Below are positions 1 through 8,429 of a stretch of DNA of 64,000 nt, piece by piece (positions within the stretch are counted from its first letter, which is position 1; each line of letters opens with the position of its first letter). Origin of the DNA: Acidobacteriota bacterium (lineage in GTDB: Bacteria > Acidobacteriota > Thermoanaerobaculia > Multivoradales > JAHZIX01); NCBI GenBank assembly GCA_039191605.1, contig JBCCXL010000019.1, forward strand, positions 67,102-131,101. The letters run 5' to 3'. The notes below the pieces were generated by a model. That model did not search any database. It was not told the DNA's origin and saw only the letters and a list, made by a program, of their open reading frames with translations. The translations under genes and the position numbers were made by a program.

Positions 1-1
1 C

Positions 2-166
2 GCGGTGGTCGACGCCCTGCTGAGCTCCGAGAACGACAACGAGCTGAACATCGCCGCCGCCCTTCAGGCCCTCGCCGCCCACGGTGAGGGAGAGCTCGCC
101 ACCATCACCGACGACAACGCCAAGGTTCGGGTGTGGATCGATCCCTTCCCGCAGGTCGTCCTCTAA
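2..166 (+). CDS. 3' end of an upstream gene of unknown function (partial, C-terminal 54 codons, TAA stop at 164-166)
   Basis: Frame 2 is open from the window edge to TAA at 164-166 and has genome-typical GC3-rich codon usage. No recognisable motif. Confidence 0.35.
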   Translation, partial: AVVDALLSSENDNELNIAAALQALAAHGEGELATITDDNAKVRVWIDPFPQVVL

Positions 167-264
167 GCCCTCTCCATCCCACCGCTGAGGACCCCAGCCG
201 CTGAGGCCGGCCCCCCGGTGACCGGCCCTACCTCCGGTCACTCCGGGCTTCTCGGCGGTGAGGA

Positions 265-777
265 ATGACTCGACTCACCCCAATCTCTCCCGAAAGGCAT
301 CCACCGATGCGTACCCTGCTCCGAATCGCCGCGCTCAGCGTCGCCGTCGGCCTCGTCATGCTGCTCACCGCCGGCGTCGCCCTCGCCACCACCTACATCG
401 TGTCCGGAACGGTGAGCGTCAGCGTCCAGGAGAAGCAGATGGACGGCGTGAATTTCACCCTCCATCTCCCGGCGAGCCTGCTGGAGACCGGGCTCGACCT
501 GGCCCACTGGCAGGTTCAGCATCAGGACATCGAGGAGCTGGAAGAGATCCGCGAACAGCTACGGCCCTATCAAGATGACCTCGATTCGCTTCTGGACCAG
601 CTGGAGAGCGCCGAAAAGCGCTACGACATGGTGCAGGTCATCACCCCTGAGGAGCGAATCCGGGTCCGTAAGGATGGGCGCCAGCTGGTAGTAGACGTCG
701 ATTCTGCCGAGGCGACGGTGCACGTCGCAGCCCCCCTGGACCTGCTGCGTAAGGCGGTGCATACCTTCACCGTTTGA
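265..777 (+). CDS. hypothetical membrane-anchored/secreted protein (170 aa)
   Basis: ATG ORF. N-terminal hydrophobic segment LLRIAALSVAVGLVMLLTAGVALA follows a short basic n-region. It is followed by an intrinsic terminator. No family recognised. Confidence 0.5.
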   Translation: MTRLTPISPERHPPMRTLLRIAALSVAVGLVMLLTAGVALATTYIVSGTVSVSVQEKQMDGVNFTLHLPASLLETGLDLAHWQVQHQDIEELEEIREQLRPYQDDLDSLLDQLESAEKRYDMVQVITPEERIRVRKDGRQLVVDVDSAEATVHVAAPLDLLRKAVHTFTV

Positions 778-848
778 GCCTCGCTTCTCGGCCATCGCTT
801 CGTGGCCGCCGCTTCTTGTCCATCGCTTCCCTTCTACTCCTTCCTACT

Positions 849-884
849 GCGCCCCCTCTGAGCCGGGGGGCGCTTCTTTTTTTT
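849..884 (+). terminator. rho-independent terminator after the 265..777 gene
   Basis: Perfect GC stem gcgccccc / gggggcgc with loop tctgagccg, followed by ttcttttttttg. Confidence 0.5.
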
Positions 885-1228
885 GCCCGCGGTCCCTTTA
901 AACCCAAGGCCTGATTGCCCCAAGGCTCGTCCGTGTCGCTCCCCGGAACCTCGACCCTGCCCAGCACACCACCGCCAAGGGGCTTCAGGGCTTTCTTTTT
1001 CCATTTCGGCAAAGCGTTTCTATACAGCAGCTTAGCTCCTGTATCAGCGTTGGAGACCGGCTCTGCGCCTTGCATCTAAGGGATCTATCTCCCAAAATCC
1101 CAAGCGAATCCCCCCCCCTTCGCGGATCGATCCTCTTCGATTCCGCTATTTCCTCGAGCCGAGGCTAGAACCCCCTCACCTCCTCCTCGTTCTTTGCGAG
1201 GCAGGTTCGCCTGGGAGGCCGTGTTCTC

Positions 1229-3427
1229 ATGTCCCGGACGATCCAGGGTCCCGTCCGCCCCACCGATCCCCCATGGCTCGCCGTGCGTTCGCGCCACGGC
1301 AGAGAGGCTATGGTTTCGCGCTGGCCCCCGTGCTTTCGCTGGCCCCCGTGGTTTCGCTGGCCCCTGTGGTGCACCGGATGCCTTCTGCTGGCCTTGACTC
1401 AGATCTCCCCCGCGGCGGCAGGCAGCGAGCCCGAGACAAGCCAATTCCATAGCCACGACCACGGCCACGATCACGAGACCAGCCGTCTCCCCGGTACCCC
1501 AGCGGCGGAGCGGCAGCGAAACCCCCGAGGGGAAGATCGGTTGATCCAGGAGGGCGAAGTCTTCCGCATCGGGAACCAGCGTTTCGCCGACCTGATGGAG
1601 GCCCAGCTCTCGGAGCCCTTTCGAAGACACGGGCTGCGCTGCGGCACGGCGCCGCAGGAGAGCTGGCGACCGGAAGTTCCGGGTAAGAACGTAGATGCCT
1701 GCTCGCTACGCTCGACGAAGATCCTCGAAGAGCATTCGCCGCAGGCCGGAGACCTGATCTCGATTCCCGTCGTGGTCCACGTGGTGCACCGAGAGGACGG
1801 CACCGGGCGCATTTCCGAAGAGCTGATCCAAAGCCAGATCCAGATCTTACGAGAAGACTTCCGCGCGCTCCCGGGAAGCCCCGGTGCGGGGGGCATCGAC
1901 AGCCGAATCGATTTCCAGCTCGCCACCGTGGATCCCGGCGGATATCCCACCGACGGCATCCTCTACACCGCCCACGACGGCTGGCACGAAGACTACGGGC
2001 CGGGGAGCCGGAACCCGATGAAGGCGGCCTTAGCCTGGGACCCCGATCGCTACCTCAACCTCTACATCAATGATGCCGGCGGCACGCTGGGGTACGCCTC
2101 CTCACCACACCACTCCGCCGGCAGCCTGCAGGACGGGGTCGTCCTGCACTACACCACCGTCGGCCGCGACAACCCCGCCGGCGGACTCTACGACCAGGGG
2201 CGCACCGCTACCCACGAGGTCGGCCACTATCTCGGCCTCTTCCACACCTTCCAGCAGGGCTGCGGCGATCCGACGGCCCCCTACCGCAGCGGAGACCTGA
2301 TTGCCGATACCGCCCCTCAGAGCGAGCCCAACTGGCATTGCGCAGCTCCCCAGGCCAGCTGCGGCAGCCCCGACGCCGACGACAACTACATGAATTACAC
2401 CGAGGACCGCTGCATGGGGGCGTTCACCGCGGAGCAGATCCATCGCATGCGCTGCACCCTGGCGGGGTATCGCCCCCACCTCGGCGCCGAAGCCAGCGCC
2501 GGCGCCCGGCCTCTGCTGCCGGGGCAGCCGCTCTCCGACCTCGCCGCCGACCGCGGAGAAGAGCTGCGCTTCGTCGCCCACCTGCCGCCGGGATCTTCGA
2601 ATCTGGAGGTACGAATCGAAGGCGGCGACGGCGATGCCGATCTCTACCTGCGCCACGGCGCACCGGCGGACGCCGAGAACTGGGACTGTCGCCCGTATCG
2701 CAACGGCTCCGAAGAGAGCTGCATTGAGGAGCAGCCCGCCGCCGGCCCGCACTTCGTCACCCTGCGCGCCTATCGCGCCTTCTCTGGCCTCTCCCTGGTG
2801 GCCCAGTGGGAAACCCAGGAGCTGCTCCCCAGCCGCCCTCCGCAGGCCCAGCTCGACTACCGGGAGACCCTGCTGGCGGTGGTCTTCGAGGACCTGTCGA
2901 AAGACCCCGATGGCCGCATCGTGGAGCGACGGTGGAGCTTCGGAGACGGCACCTCTCAGCGTTTTGTCGGCCGTAGCGGGCTCCGGGTGGTTCACGTCTA
3001 TCCCGCCGCCGGCACCTATTCCCTTCGGCTCGAGGTCCTCGACGACGCCGGAAATAGCGCGGTGACCGAGCGTCAGCTGGAGCTGCGGGGCGAGCGCTGG
3101 GATCGACCCCACCAGGCGCTCGGCGGCCTGCTGGACGAGCCCGGGGCGTGGAGAGCGGAGCCCGACGGGGGCTACTACGGTGCCCAGCAGGGCGAGCATC
3201 GGGCGCGGCTCACGGTTCCCGCCGGAGCTCTATTCAGCCTCGAGCTCTTCCGCTGGGAAAACCATTGGGAGCTGGCGGAGCAGATCGACGTGCAGGGCGG
3301 AGCGGAGCCTGATTTCGGCGAGCTCAGCCACCTCGCCGAAGAGGGGTATTTCTATCTTCGGGTGGTCGCCCAAGAGGGTGACGGTCCCTACCTGCTGGAG
3401 CTCTCCACGCCGCCGGCGCCCCCTTAG
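1229..3427 (+). CDS. secreted zinc metallopeptidase, M43 (cytophagalysin/pappalysin-like), with C-terminal pre-peptidase (PPC) and PKD-like domains
   Basis: HEVGHYLGLFHTF (HExxHxxGxxH metzincin motif). PPC-like segment LYLRHGAP...WDCRPY. PKD-like WSFGDGTSQ...HVYPAAGTYSLRLEVLDDAGN. N-terminal signal peptide. An alternative start at ATG 1310 has a better RBS (agagagg). Confidence 0.8.
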   Translation: MSRTIQGPVRPTDPPWLAVRSRHGREAMVSRWPPCFRWPPWFRWPLWCTGCLLLALTQISPAAAGSEPETSQFHSHDHGHDHETSRLPGTPAAERQRNPRGEDRLIQEGEVFRIGNQRFADLMEAQLSEPFRRHGLRCGTAPQESWRPEVPGKNVDACSLRSTKILEEHSPQAGDLISIPVVVHVVHREDGTGRISEELIQSQIQILREDFRALPGSPGAGGIDSRIDFQLATVDPGGYPTDGILYTAHDGWHEDYGPGSRNPMKAALAWDPDRYLNLYINDAGGTLGYASSPHHSAGSLQDGVVLHYTTVGRDNPAGGLYDQGRTATHEVGHYLGLFHTFQQGCGDPTAPYRSGDLIADTAPQSEPNWHCAAPQASCGSPDADDNYMNYTEDRCMGAFTAEQIHRMRCTLAGYRPHLGAEASAGARPLLPGQPLSDLAADRGEELRFVAHLPPGSSNLEVRIEGGDGDADLYLRHGAPADAENWDCRPYRNGSEESCIEEQPAAGPHFVTLRAYRAFSGLSLVAQWETQELLPSRPPQAQLDYRETLLAVVFEDLSKDPDGRIVERRWSFGDGTSQRFVGRSGLRVVHVYPAAGTYSLRLEVLDDAGNSAVTERQLELRGERWDRPHQALGGLLDEPGAWRAEPDGGYYGAQQGEHRARLTVPAGALFSLELFRWENHWELAEQIDVQGGAEPDFGELSHLAEEGYFYLRVVAQEGDGPYLLELSTPPAPP
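1313..1370 (+). repeat. imperfect 18-bp tandem repeat x3 (tttcgctggcccccgtgg), in-frame in the signal-peptide n-region of the M43 protease
   Basis: The direct repeat is visible in the sequence. It encodes (F)RWPP(C/W) x3. Confidence 0.8.
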
Positions 3428-3465
3428 AGGGCCCTAGCACTCTAGGGTAGCCACCCTTCAGCAGG

Positions 3466-6237
3466 TTGCGGGCGCACCCTCAAGAAGGGTCCAGCAGCAG
3501 CGGAACCACCGAGAATGGGAGGCAGAATTCCCACTGCTGGAATCCTTCAGCCCTCTCCTTGGTTCTGTTGGGAGTAATGACTCCCCTGCTCTCCTCCCGA
3601 AGCCGCAGCGCCCTTGCCCTGGTGGGCGTGGGCCTAGCCAGTCTGCTGATCTTCAACGCCCCGGTAGCGGATGCCCGCGGCCCCCTCTCTCCCCGACTCG
3701 ATACCCAGGGAGATCGCTGGATGCGGGTCGCCGCTCCGTGGCTCAACGCCGCGGAGGCACGGCTCTACCTCGAGCTCTCCACTCCGCTGCAGCGAGAGCG
3801 CTTCCGCCACCGCTTCTGGGACCAGTGGCCGCAGCGAGAGCTGGAACGCTTCCAGCGCAATCTGGTGGAGAGCCAGACGCGCTTCGACGACGCCGAAGAC
3901 CAGCGCCTAGAGGCGATGACCCTCGCCGGCAAACCTTCCGAGATCGTTACCATTAGCGCCTGTGCCGGAGTGTTGCGGGCCCTGGAAATCTGGTACTTCG
4001 ACCCTGCCCACATCGACTACCAGATCGGATGGCGAATTGGCCCCAGGCCCGTCAAGGCAGCCAATGGCTCCATCACCAGCCTCGCGAAGGCCAATACCGA
4101 AGAGGCCAGCCCCCGGCCCTCCAGTCCGGAGGAGGAGCTGGGTCGCTGGCGTCAGGGATCCAGAGGCGACCTCTATCTCCTCTTCGTGCGGCCACGGGCC
4201 GATCGCCCCCAATGGCGATGGTGGGCGCCCCGCCAGGGTCTCCAGGAGCTGATGTACGAGGAGCGCGGCACGTCGATTCACCAGGCTGAGGATCTGGTAA
4301 GCCTCGCTCGCCGCAGTCGCTGCACCTACGGCGATGACAACGACCTCCAGACCCTGGCCAGCGCCCTGCGCCGCAGCCTCGGCCGCACCGACTCTCAGCG
4401 GCGGCTGATTCCCCCACGCCAAGAAAGCCTCCAAGCCTCGGTCGAGGAGTCCTGGGTCGAGGAGTTCCGGCAACAGCGAGCAGATGCCTCCCTGGCGAGC
4501 CTCGCTCCTCCGGTGACGGTGAGCTATCCCGGTCGCTTCCAGAGCAGCACGCTGCTGCGGGTGGACCTCAACGTGGAGACGGCATCCCTGCGCCGAACCT
4601 CCCGCGGTCATCTCTACGATCGAATCGAAATCGTCGGTGACATTCGGCGCCAGACCCGACTGGTGGACAGCTTCCGGCACGTCCACTACCTCGCTGGTCG
4701 CTCGCCAGAGGGCACCCGGCTTCCCCTCTCCCTCTATCGCCAGCTGCGCCCCGGTCCCCACCAGCTGGATCTTAGAGTGGAGGATTCCCGCGGGCTCGCC
4801 CTGCTGCGCCAAACTCTGGACTTGGAGGTTCCCCGGCTCCAGGAAGACGCCCCGGCACCGGCCGGAGTCCACCAGGGCTACTCCGCCCTCACTCGCTCTG
4901 AGGCGGGACGCCTGCTGACCTTTCCCACGGTGGAGCTGAGGGACCCCGGAAGCGGTCCTCTCGCCGGCTCGGTAGAGCTCGAGGCGGTGACCTCCGGGGG
5001 ACCCATCGAGAGCGTGCGCTTTCTCCTCGACGGGGCGGAAGTCGGCCGAGTCCACCAGGCCCCCTTCCTCTTCACCCTTCCCTTGGAAGAGCGGCCCCAA
5101 CAACATCTGGTGCAGGTCGAGGCGCTAGACCCCGCAGGCCTGGTCCTCGCCCGCCACGCCCGAAACATCAACCAGGGGCCGGGGCGCTTCACCGTTCACC
5201 TACTGCCAACGCCGGAGGAAGGTTGGGCAACTCTCGCCGAAGCGGCGATCCAGGTGCCGCCGGGCCTCGCGCTGCGACGGGTGCGCTTCTCCCTCGATGG
5301 CGAGCTCCTGGCGGAGCTGGACCAAGAGCCCTTCCGGATATCTCTTCCGGCCTTCCCGCCCCTGCAGGCGCGCTGGCTACGGGTGGAGGCAGAGCTGGAG
5401 GACGGCAGCTTTGCCGAAGACGTCCACTACGTCGGTTCAGAGGAGGCTGACTCCCTGAACATCCACTGGATCGAGCTGTGGACGACGGTCACCGATAGCT
5501 CGGGACGCTTCATCGACGATCTTCCCGCCGAAGCCTTTCGAGTTCTCGACGACGGTCAACAGGTGCGACCGCAGCGCTTCCAGAAGGTAGAGACTCTGCC
5601 CCTCAACCTCGCCGTAGTGATGGATACCTCCTCGTCCATGCATCGCCGGCTGGACCTTGCCGCCGAGAGTCTGCAGAGCTTCTTTCGCTCCACTCTCCGC
5701 CCAGAGGATCGCGCCAGCCTGACCACCTTCCATCACGAAATCCAGCACCGAGTCCCCTTCACCGACGATCCCCTCGCCCTGCGCTATGCCATCGGCGGGC
5801 TTCCGGCGCGGGGCGGCACCCGGCTCTACGACGCTCTGCACTACGCTCTCGCCGGCTTCGACGGCATCGAAGGCAGACGGGCCCTCGTGGTGCTCTCCGA
5901 TGGCCGCGACGTGGAGAGCGATTTTGGCCCGCAGCAGATCCTGGAGGCCGCCCGAAGGGCGCGGGTGGCGGTCTACCCGATCCTGCTGACGGTGAACGAT
6001 CCAGAGACCCGCAACGCTCTTCGGGAGCTCGCCGACGGCACCGGCGGACGGCTGTTCAACGTTCACCGTGTGGAGCAGCTAGATCGAGTCTACCGGCTCA
6101 TCGAGGCGGAGCTGCGCTCGCAATATCTGCTGGTGATCCGAGCCGGGGACGGGGCCTACTTCCGCCCCGTGAGGGTTGAGGTCGAGAGCGAAAGCTCTGA
6201 GCTCACGGCTCGCACTGCCGCCGGCTACTATCCTTGA
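3466..6237 (+). CDS. vWA domain protein (acidobacterial VWFA-related type) with long N-terminal region; probable true start at ATG 3577
   Basis: C-terminal vWA/MIDAS region LAVVMDTSSSM...LYDALHYAL...LVVLSDGRD. 3466 is a TTG. The first ATG, at 3577, gives a typical signal peptide MTPLLSSRSRSALALVGVGLASLLIFNAPVADA. Confidence 0.75.
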   Translation: MRAHPQEGSSSSGTTENGRQNSHCWNPSALSLVLLGVMTPLLSSRSRSALALVGVGLASLLIFNAPVADARGPLSPRLDTQGDRWMRVAAPWLNAAEARLYLELSTPLQRERFRHRFWDQWPQRELERFQRNLVESQTRFDDAEDQRLEAMTLAGKPSEIVTISACAGVLRALEIWYFDPAHIDYQIGWRIGPRPVKAANGSITSLAKANTEEASPRPSSPEEELGRWRQGSRGDLYLLFVRPRADRPQWRWWAPRQGLQELMYEERGTSIHQAEDLVSLARRSRCTYGDDNDLQTLASALRRSLGRTDSQRRLIPPRQESLQASVEESWVEEFRQQRADASLASLAPPVTVSYPGRFQSSTLLRVDLNVETASLRRTSRGHLYDRIEIVGDIRRQTRLVDSFRHVHYLAGRSPEGTRLPLSLYRQLRPGPHQLDLRVEDSRGLALLRQTLDLEVPRLQEDAPAPAGVHQGYSALTRSEAGRLLTFPTVELRDPGSGPLAGSVELEAVTSGGPIESVRFLLDGAEVGRVHQAPFLFTLPLEERPQQHLVQVEALDPAGLVLARHARNINQGPGRFTVHLLPTPEEGWATLAEAAIQVPPGLALRRVRFSLDGELLAELDQEPFRISLPAFPPLQARWLRVEAELEDGSFAEDVHYVGSEEADSLNIHWIELWTTVTDSSGRFIDDLPAEAFRVLDDGQQVRPQRFQKVETLPLNLAVVMDTSSSMHRRLDLAAESLQSFFRSTLRPEDRASLTTFHHEIQHRVPFTDDPLALRYAIGGLPARGGTRLYDALHYALAGFDGIEGRRALVVLSDGRDVESDFGPQQILEAARRARVAVYPILLTVNDPETRNALRELADGTGGRLFNVHRVEQLDRVYRLIEAELRSQYLLVIRAGDGAYFRPVRVEVESESSELTARTAAGYYP

Positions 6238-6390
6238 GCCGCAGACGGCTGCTATTGCCCCTGAGACGCGGACAGCTGTCTCTCTTGAGTCACGGACGAG
6301 CGCTAGCGCCCCTGAGCCGCGTACGGCTCATGCCAGGCTTGTGCCATAGACGGTGGTACGTCTCGGGCCGCAGACGGCTGTCTCTCTCGA
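6229..6390. repeat. cluster of about 5 degenerate ~27-bp direct repeats (cctgagNcgcRgacRgctgtctctct) in a convergent intergenic region
   Basis: Copies include tgagccgcagacggctg, tgagacgcggacagctg, tgagccgcgtacggctc and ggccgcagacggctgtctctct. Confidence 0.5.
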
Positions 6391-6468
6391 GCTACTACCA
6401 GCTATCCTCCTCCCCTCGCCCATTGCCGCTCCGCTGCCTCCACTCTGCAAGACCTAGGATCCGGGAAA

Positions 6469-6828
6469 TCAGGGAGCCTCGATCACCGCGGCGAAGATCT
6501 CGCCTACCGAGCGCTGGTAGCTCAGCCCTAAATCTAGGGGAAAGAGGGTCAGGCCTTCTTCCCGCAGCCTCGGTGCGTGGTCGCGCTCGTAGGCCTCGAA
6601 GGCGGAGCGAGACGCAAAGGTATACCTCGCTTCCAGGCGCAGAGGCTCGCCGTCTAGGATCACCGCCCGAGCATCCAGGGCACCGGCGTCCACCACGTCT
6701 TGTAGGTGACCATCCTGTAGCCAAGCCATGAAGCGCTCCGCTACCGCCGAATCCTTAAAGGTAATGGCGACGGTGTAGGCCACCGGCCCGTGGCCAGAGG
6801 ATTTCGTCTCAGATGTCGAATCATTCAT
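6469..6828 (-). CDS. small cytoplasmic hypothetical protein (119 aa)
   Basis: ATG ORF with ordinary protein-like composition (MNDSTSETKSSGHGPVAYTVAITFKDSAVAERFMAWL...). Convergent with the vWA gene. Family not recognised with confidence. Confidence 0.5.
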   Translation of the reverse strand: MNDSTSETKSSGHGPVAYTVAITFKDSAVAERFMAWLQDGHLQDVVDAGALDARAVILDGEPLRLEARYTFASRSAFEAYERDHAPRLREEGLTLFPLDLGLSYQRSVGEIFAAVIEAP

Positions 6829-7069
6829 GGCTGGAGTTATACCACCCAGAGGCCGCGATCGTTACCCTCCGAGCCCCATCCCCAGGGGCCAAGCCCCCGT
6901 CCCCAGGAGAGCCTCCTGAAGGCTCCCACCACCGTTCGCTACCAGAATACGTAAGCTCTTTTTGCAAGGGAAGATAACGACAACCGGAGCCTGTTGTTTG
7001 CTCTTCCTTATTTCTTCGTGATGAGATCAATTCCATGGGAGTGTATCGAATCGCTGACGGAGAGAACTC

Positions 7070-8410
7070 TTGCACGACGATAGTTCGTCTTCCAAGGACA
7101 CCGCTGGATCTCATTGTCCCTCTATTGCGGAAATCGCCGCTAGCCTCAGCACGGGGCGAACCGCCTCCTCGACCCTGATCCACTGGCTCGAGGGCTGCGC
7201 TATCTGCCGCGAAAATTGGCGGACCCTGAAGCGCTGGGCGGAGGAAGTGGGATACCCGGATTGGTCCGTGGTCGTTGAGGAGCGCCCATTAGCTCATCAG
7301 CTGTGGGGGCAGCTGGAGAATGTACCGACCCACCGGCTCAAGGCCACCATCGGCGGGAATCATTATTTCTGGGCCATGGCCAGCTTGCTGATTCGCCAGA
7401 GCGAAGAAGCTCAATGCATGGAACCCGCCCGGGCCATCGCCCTCGCTGAATCCGCCGCCGCCATCGCCACCATTCTGGCTCCGGGGCGCTATGCCCAGCG
7501 CCCCCAGGCGGATCTACGGGGGCGAGCCTGGGTCGCCGTCGGCGAGGCGCGGCGCGCCGCTGGAGCGGTGGCGGAGGCGGAGCAGGCGACTCTAGAGGCC
7601 CTGCGCTGCTTCAAAAAAGGCAGGGGCAGCGCTCTGGATCAAGGCCGGAGCGTTCATCTCCTGGGGCAGCTGCGCAAAGATCAGCGACGCTTCAGCGAAG
7701 CCCGAGAGGCCTTCGAACAGGCGGAGCGGCTCTTTCTCGAAGCCGACCGCAAAGACCTCGCCGGCGGCGTCTATCTCCATCTCGCCGCCTTGGTCGAGCT
7801 CGACGGAGACACCGAGGGCGCCATCGCCTACCTCACCCAGGCCCAGGCGGCCATCGACCCGGACCGCCAGCGGGCCCTCTACGCCGCCTGCCAGCAGAAG
7901 CTGCTCTTCCACCTCACCCGAGCCGGCCACTACGCGGAGGCGGAAATCCGGCTGCCGGTCACCCGCCGGCTCTGGGCGGAGCTCGGACACCTGGAGAACC
8001 TCACCCTGGTGCACTGGATCCAGGGGCAGATGCTGCAGGGCAAGGGCGACCACGAGGCCGCTCTGGAAACCTACCGGGATGTGGTGGTGCGCTTCCAGCG
8101 CCAGCGTATCGACTATTGGGCGGCGGTGGTGCAGCTAGACATCGCCAGCACCCTCGCGGCGGCGGGCCAGGGGGAGCGTGCCAGGACCGCCGCCCGTCAG
8201 GCGGTGGATACCCTGGAAAAAATCGAGGTCAGCCACGAAGCGCGCACCGCCCTCTCCTTCCTCAAAGCGGCGGCGGAGGAAAGTCAGCTCAGCGATCGAG
8301 GGCCCCGCGCCGTGGCCGACTTCATTCGCCAGCTGAGACTGGACCCGATGGCGAAATTCGTTCCGCCCACTGGAGAAGGGCCCCGCGGGCTAACCCCCGG
8401 GGCCCCCTGA
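7070..8410 (+). CDS. TPR-like helical-repeat protein with N-terminal Cys/His cluster (possible zinc-binding regulatory protein)
   Basis: Long ORF with TPR-like amphipathic repeats in the C-terminal two thirds. N-terminal HCPS...CAICRENW. The start is uncertain: 7070 is TTG, and two tiny ATG ORFs lie just upstream. Confidence 0.55.
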   Translation: MHDDSSSSKDTAGSHCPSIAEIAASLSTGRTASSTLIHWLEGCAICRENWRTLKRWAEEVGYPDWSVVVEERPLAHQLWGQLENVPTHRLKATIGGNHYFWAMASLLIRQSEEAQCMEPARAIALAESAAAIATILAPGRYAQRPQADLRGRAWVAVGEARRAAGAVAEAEQATLEALRCFKKGRGSALDQGRSVHLLGQLRKDQRRFSEAREAFEQAERLFLEADRKDLAGGVYLHLAALVELDGDTEGAIAYLTQAQAAIDPDRQRALYAACQQKLLFHLTRAGHYAEAEIRLPVTRRLWAELGHLENLTLVHWIQGQMLQGKGDHEAALETYRDVVVRFQRQRIDYWAAVVQLDIASTLAAAGQGERARTAARQAVDTLEKIEVSHEARTALSFLKAAAEESQLSDRGPRAVADFIRQLRLDPMAKFVPPTGEGPRGLTPGAP

Positions 8411-8429
8411 ATAAGGTCTCGAGCCGGGC

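Noticed and set aside
767-1075. 102-aa minus-strand ORF in the spacer before the M43 protease.
   Set aside because: Lys/Arg-rich featureless translation. It overlaps the terminator hairpin of the upstream plus-strand gene.
2102-3199. Long antisense ORFs overlapping real genes. Examples are 2102..3199(-), 3907..5106(-), 8505..9371(+), 9405..10784(+), 19592..21079(-), 38526..40013(-), 60034..61428(+) and 62058..63137(+).
   Set aside because: In a genome with about 70% GC, stop codons are rare. The opposite strand of every real gene therefore shows long open frames. Their translations are Arg/Gly/Pro/Ala-rich and featureless, and each overlaps a gene with clear family motifs.
6229-6390. CRISPR array.
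   Set aside because: The repeats are degenerate and contiguous with no spacers of CRISPR size. There are no cas genes. It is better described as a REP-like or decaying tandem cluster.
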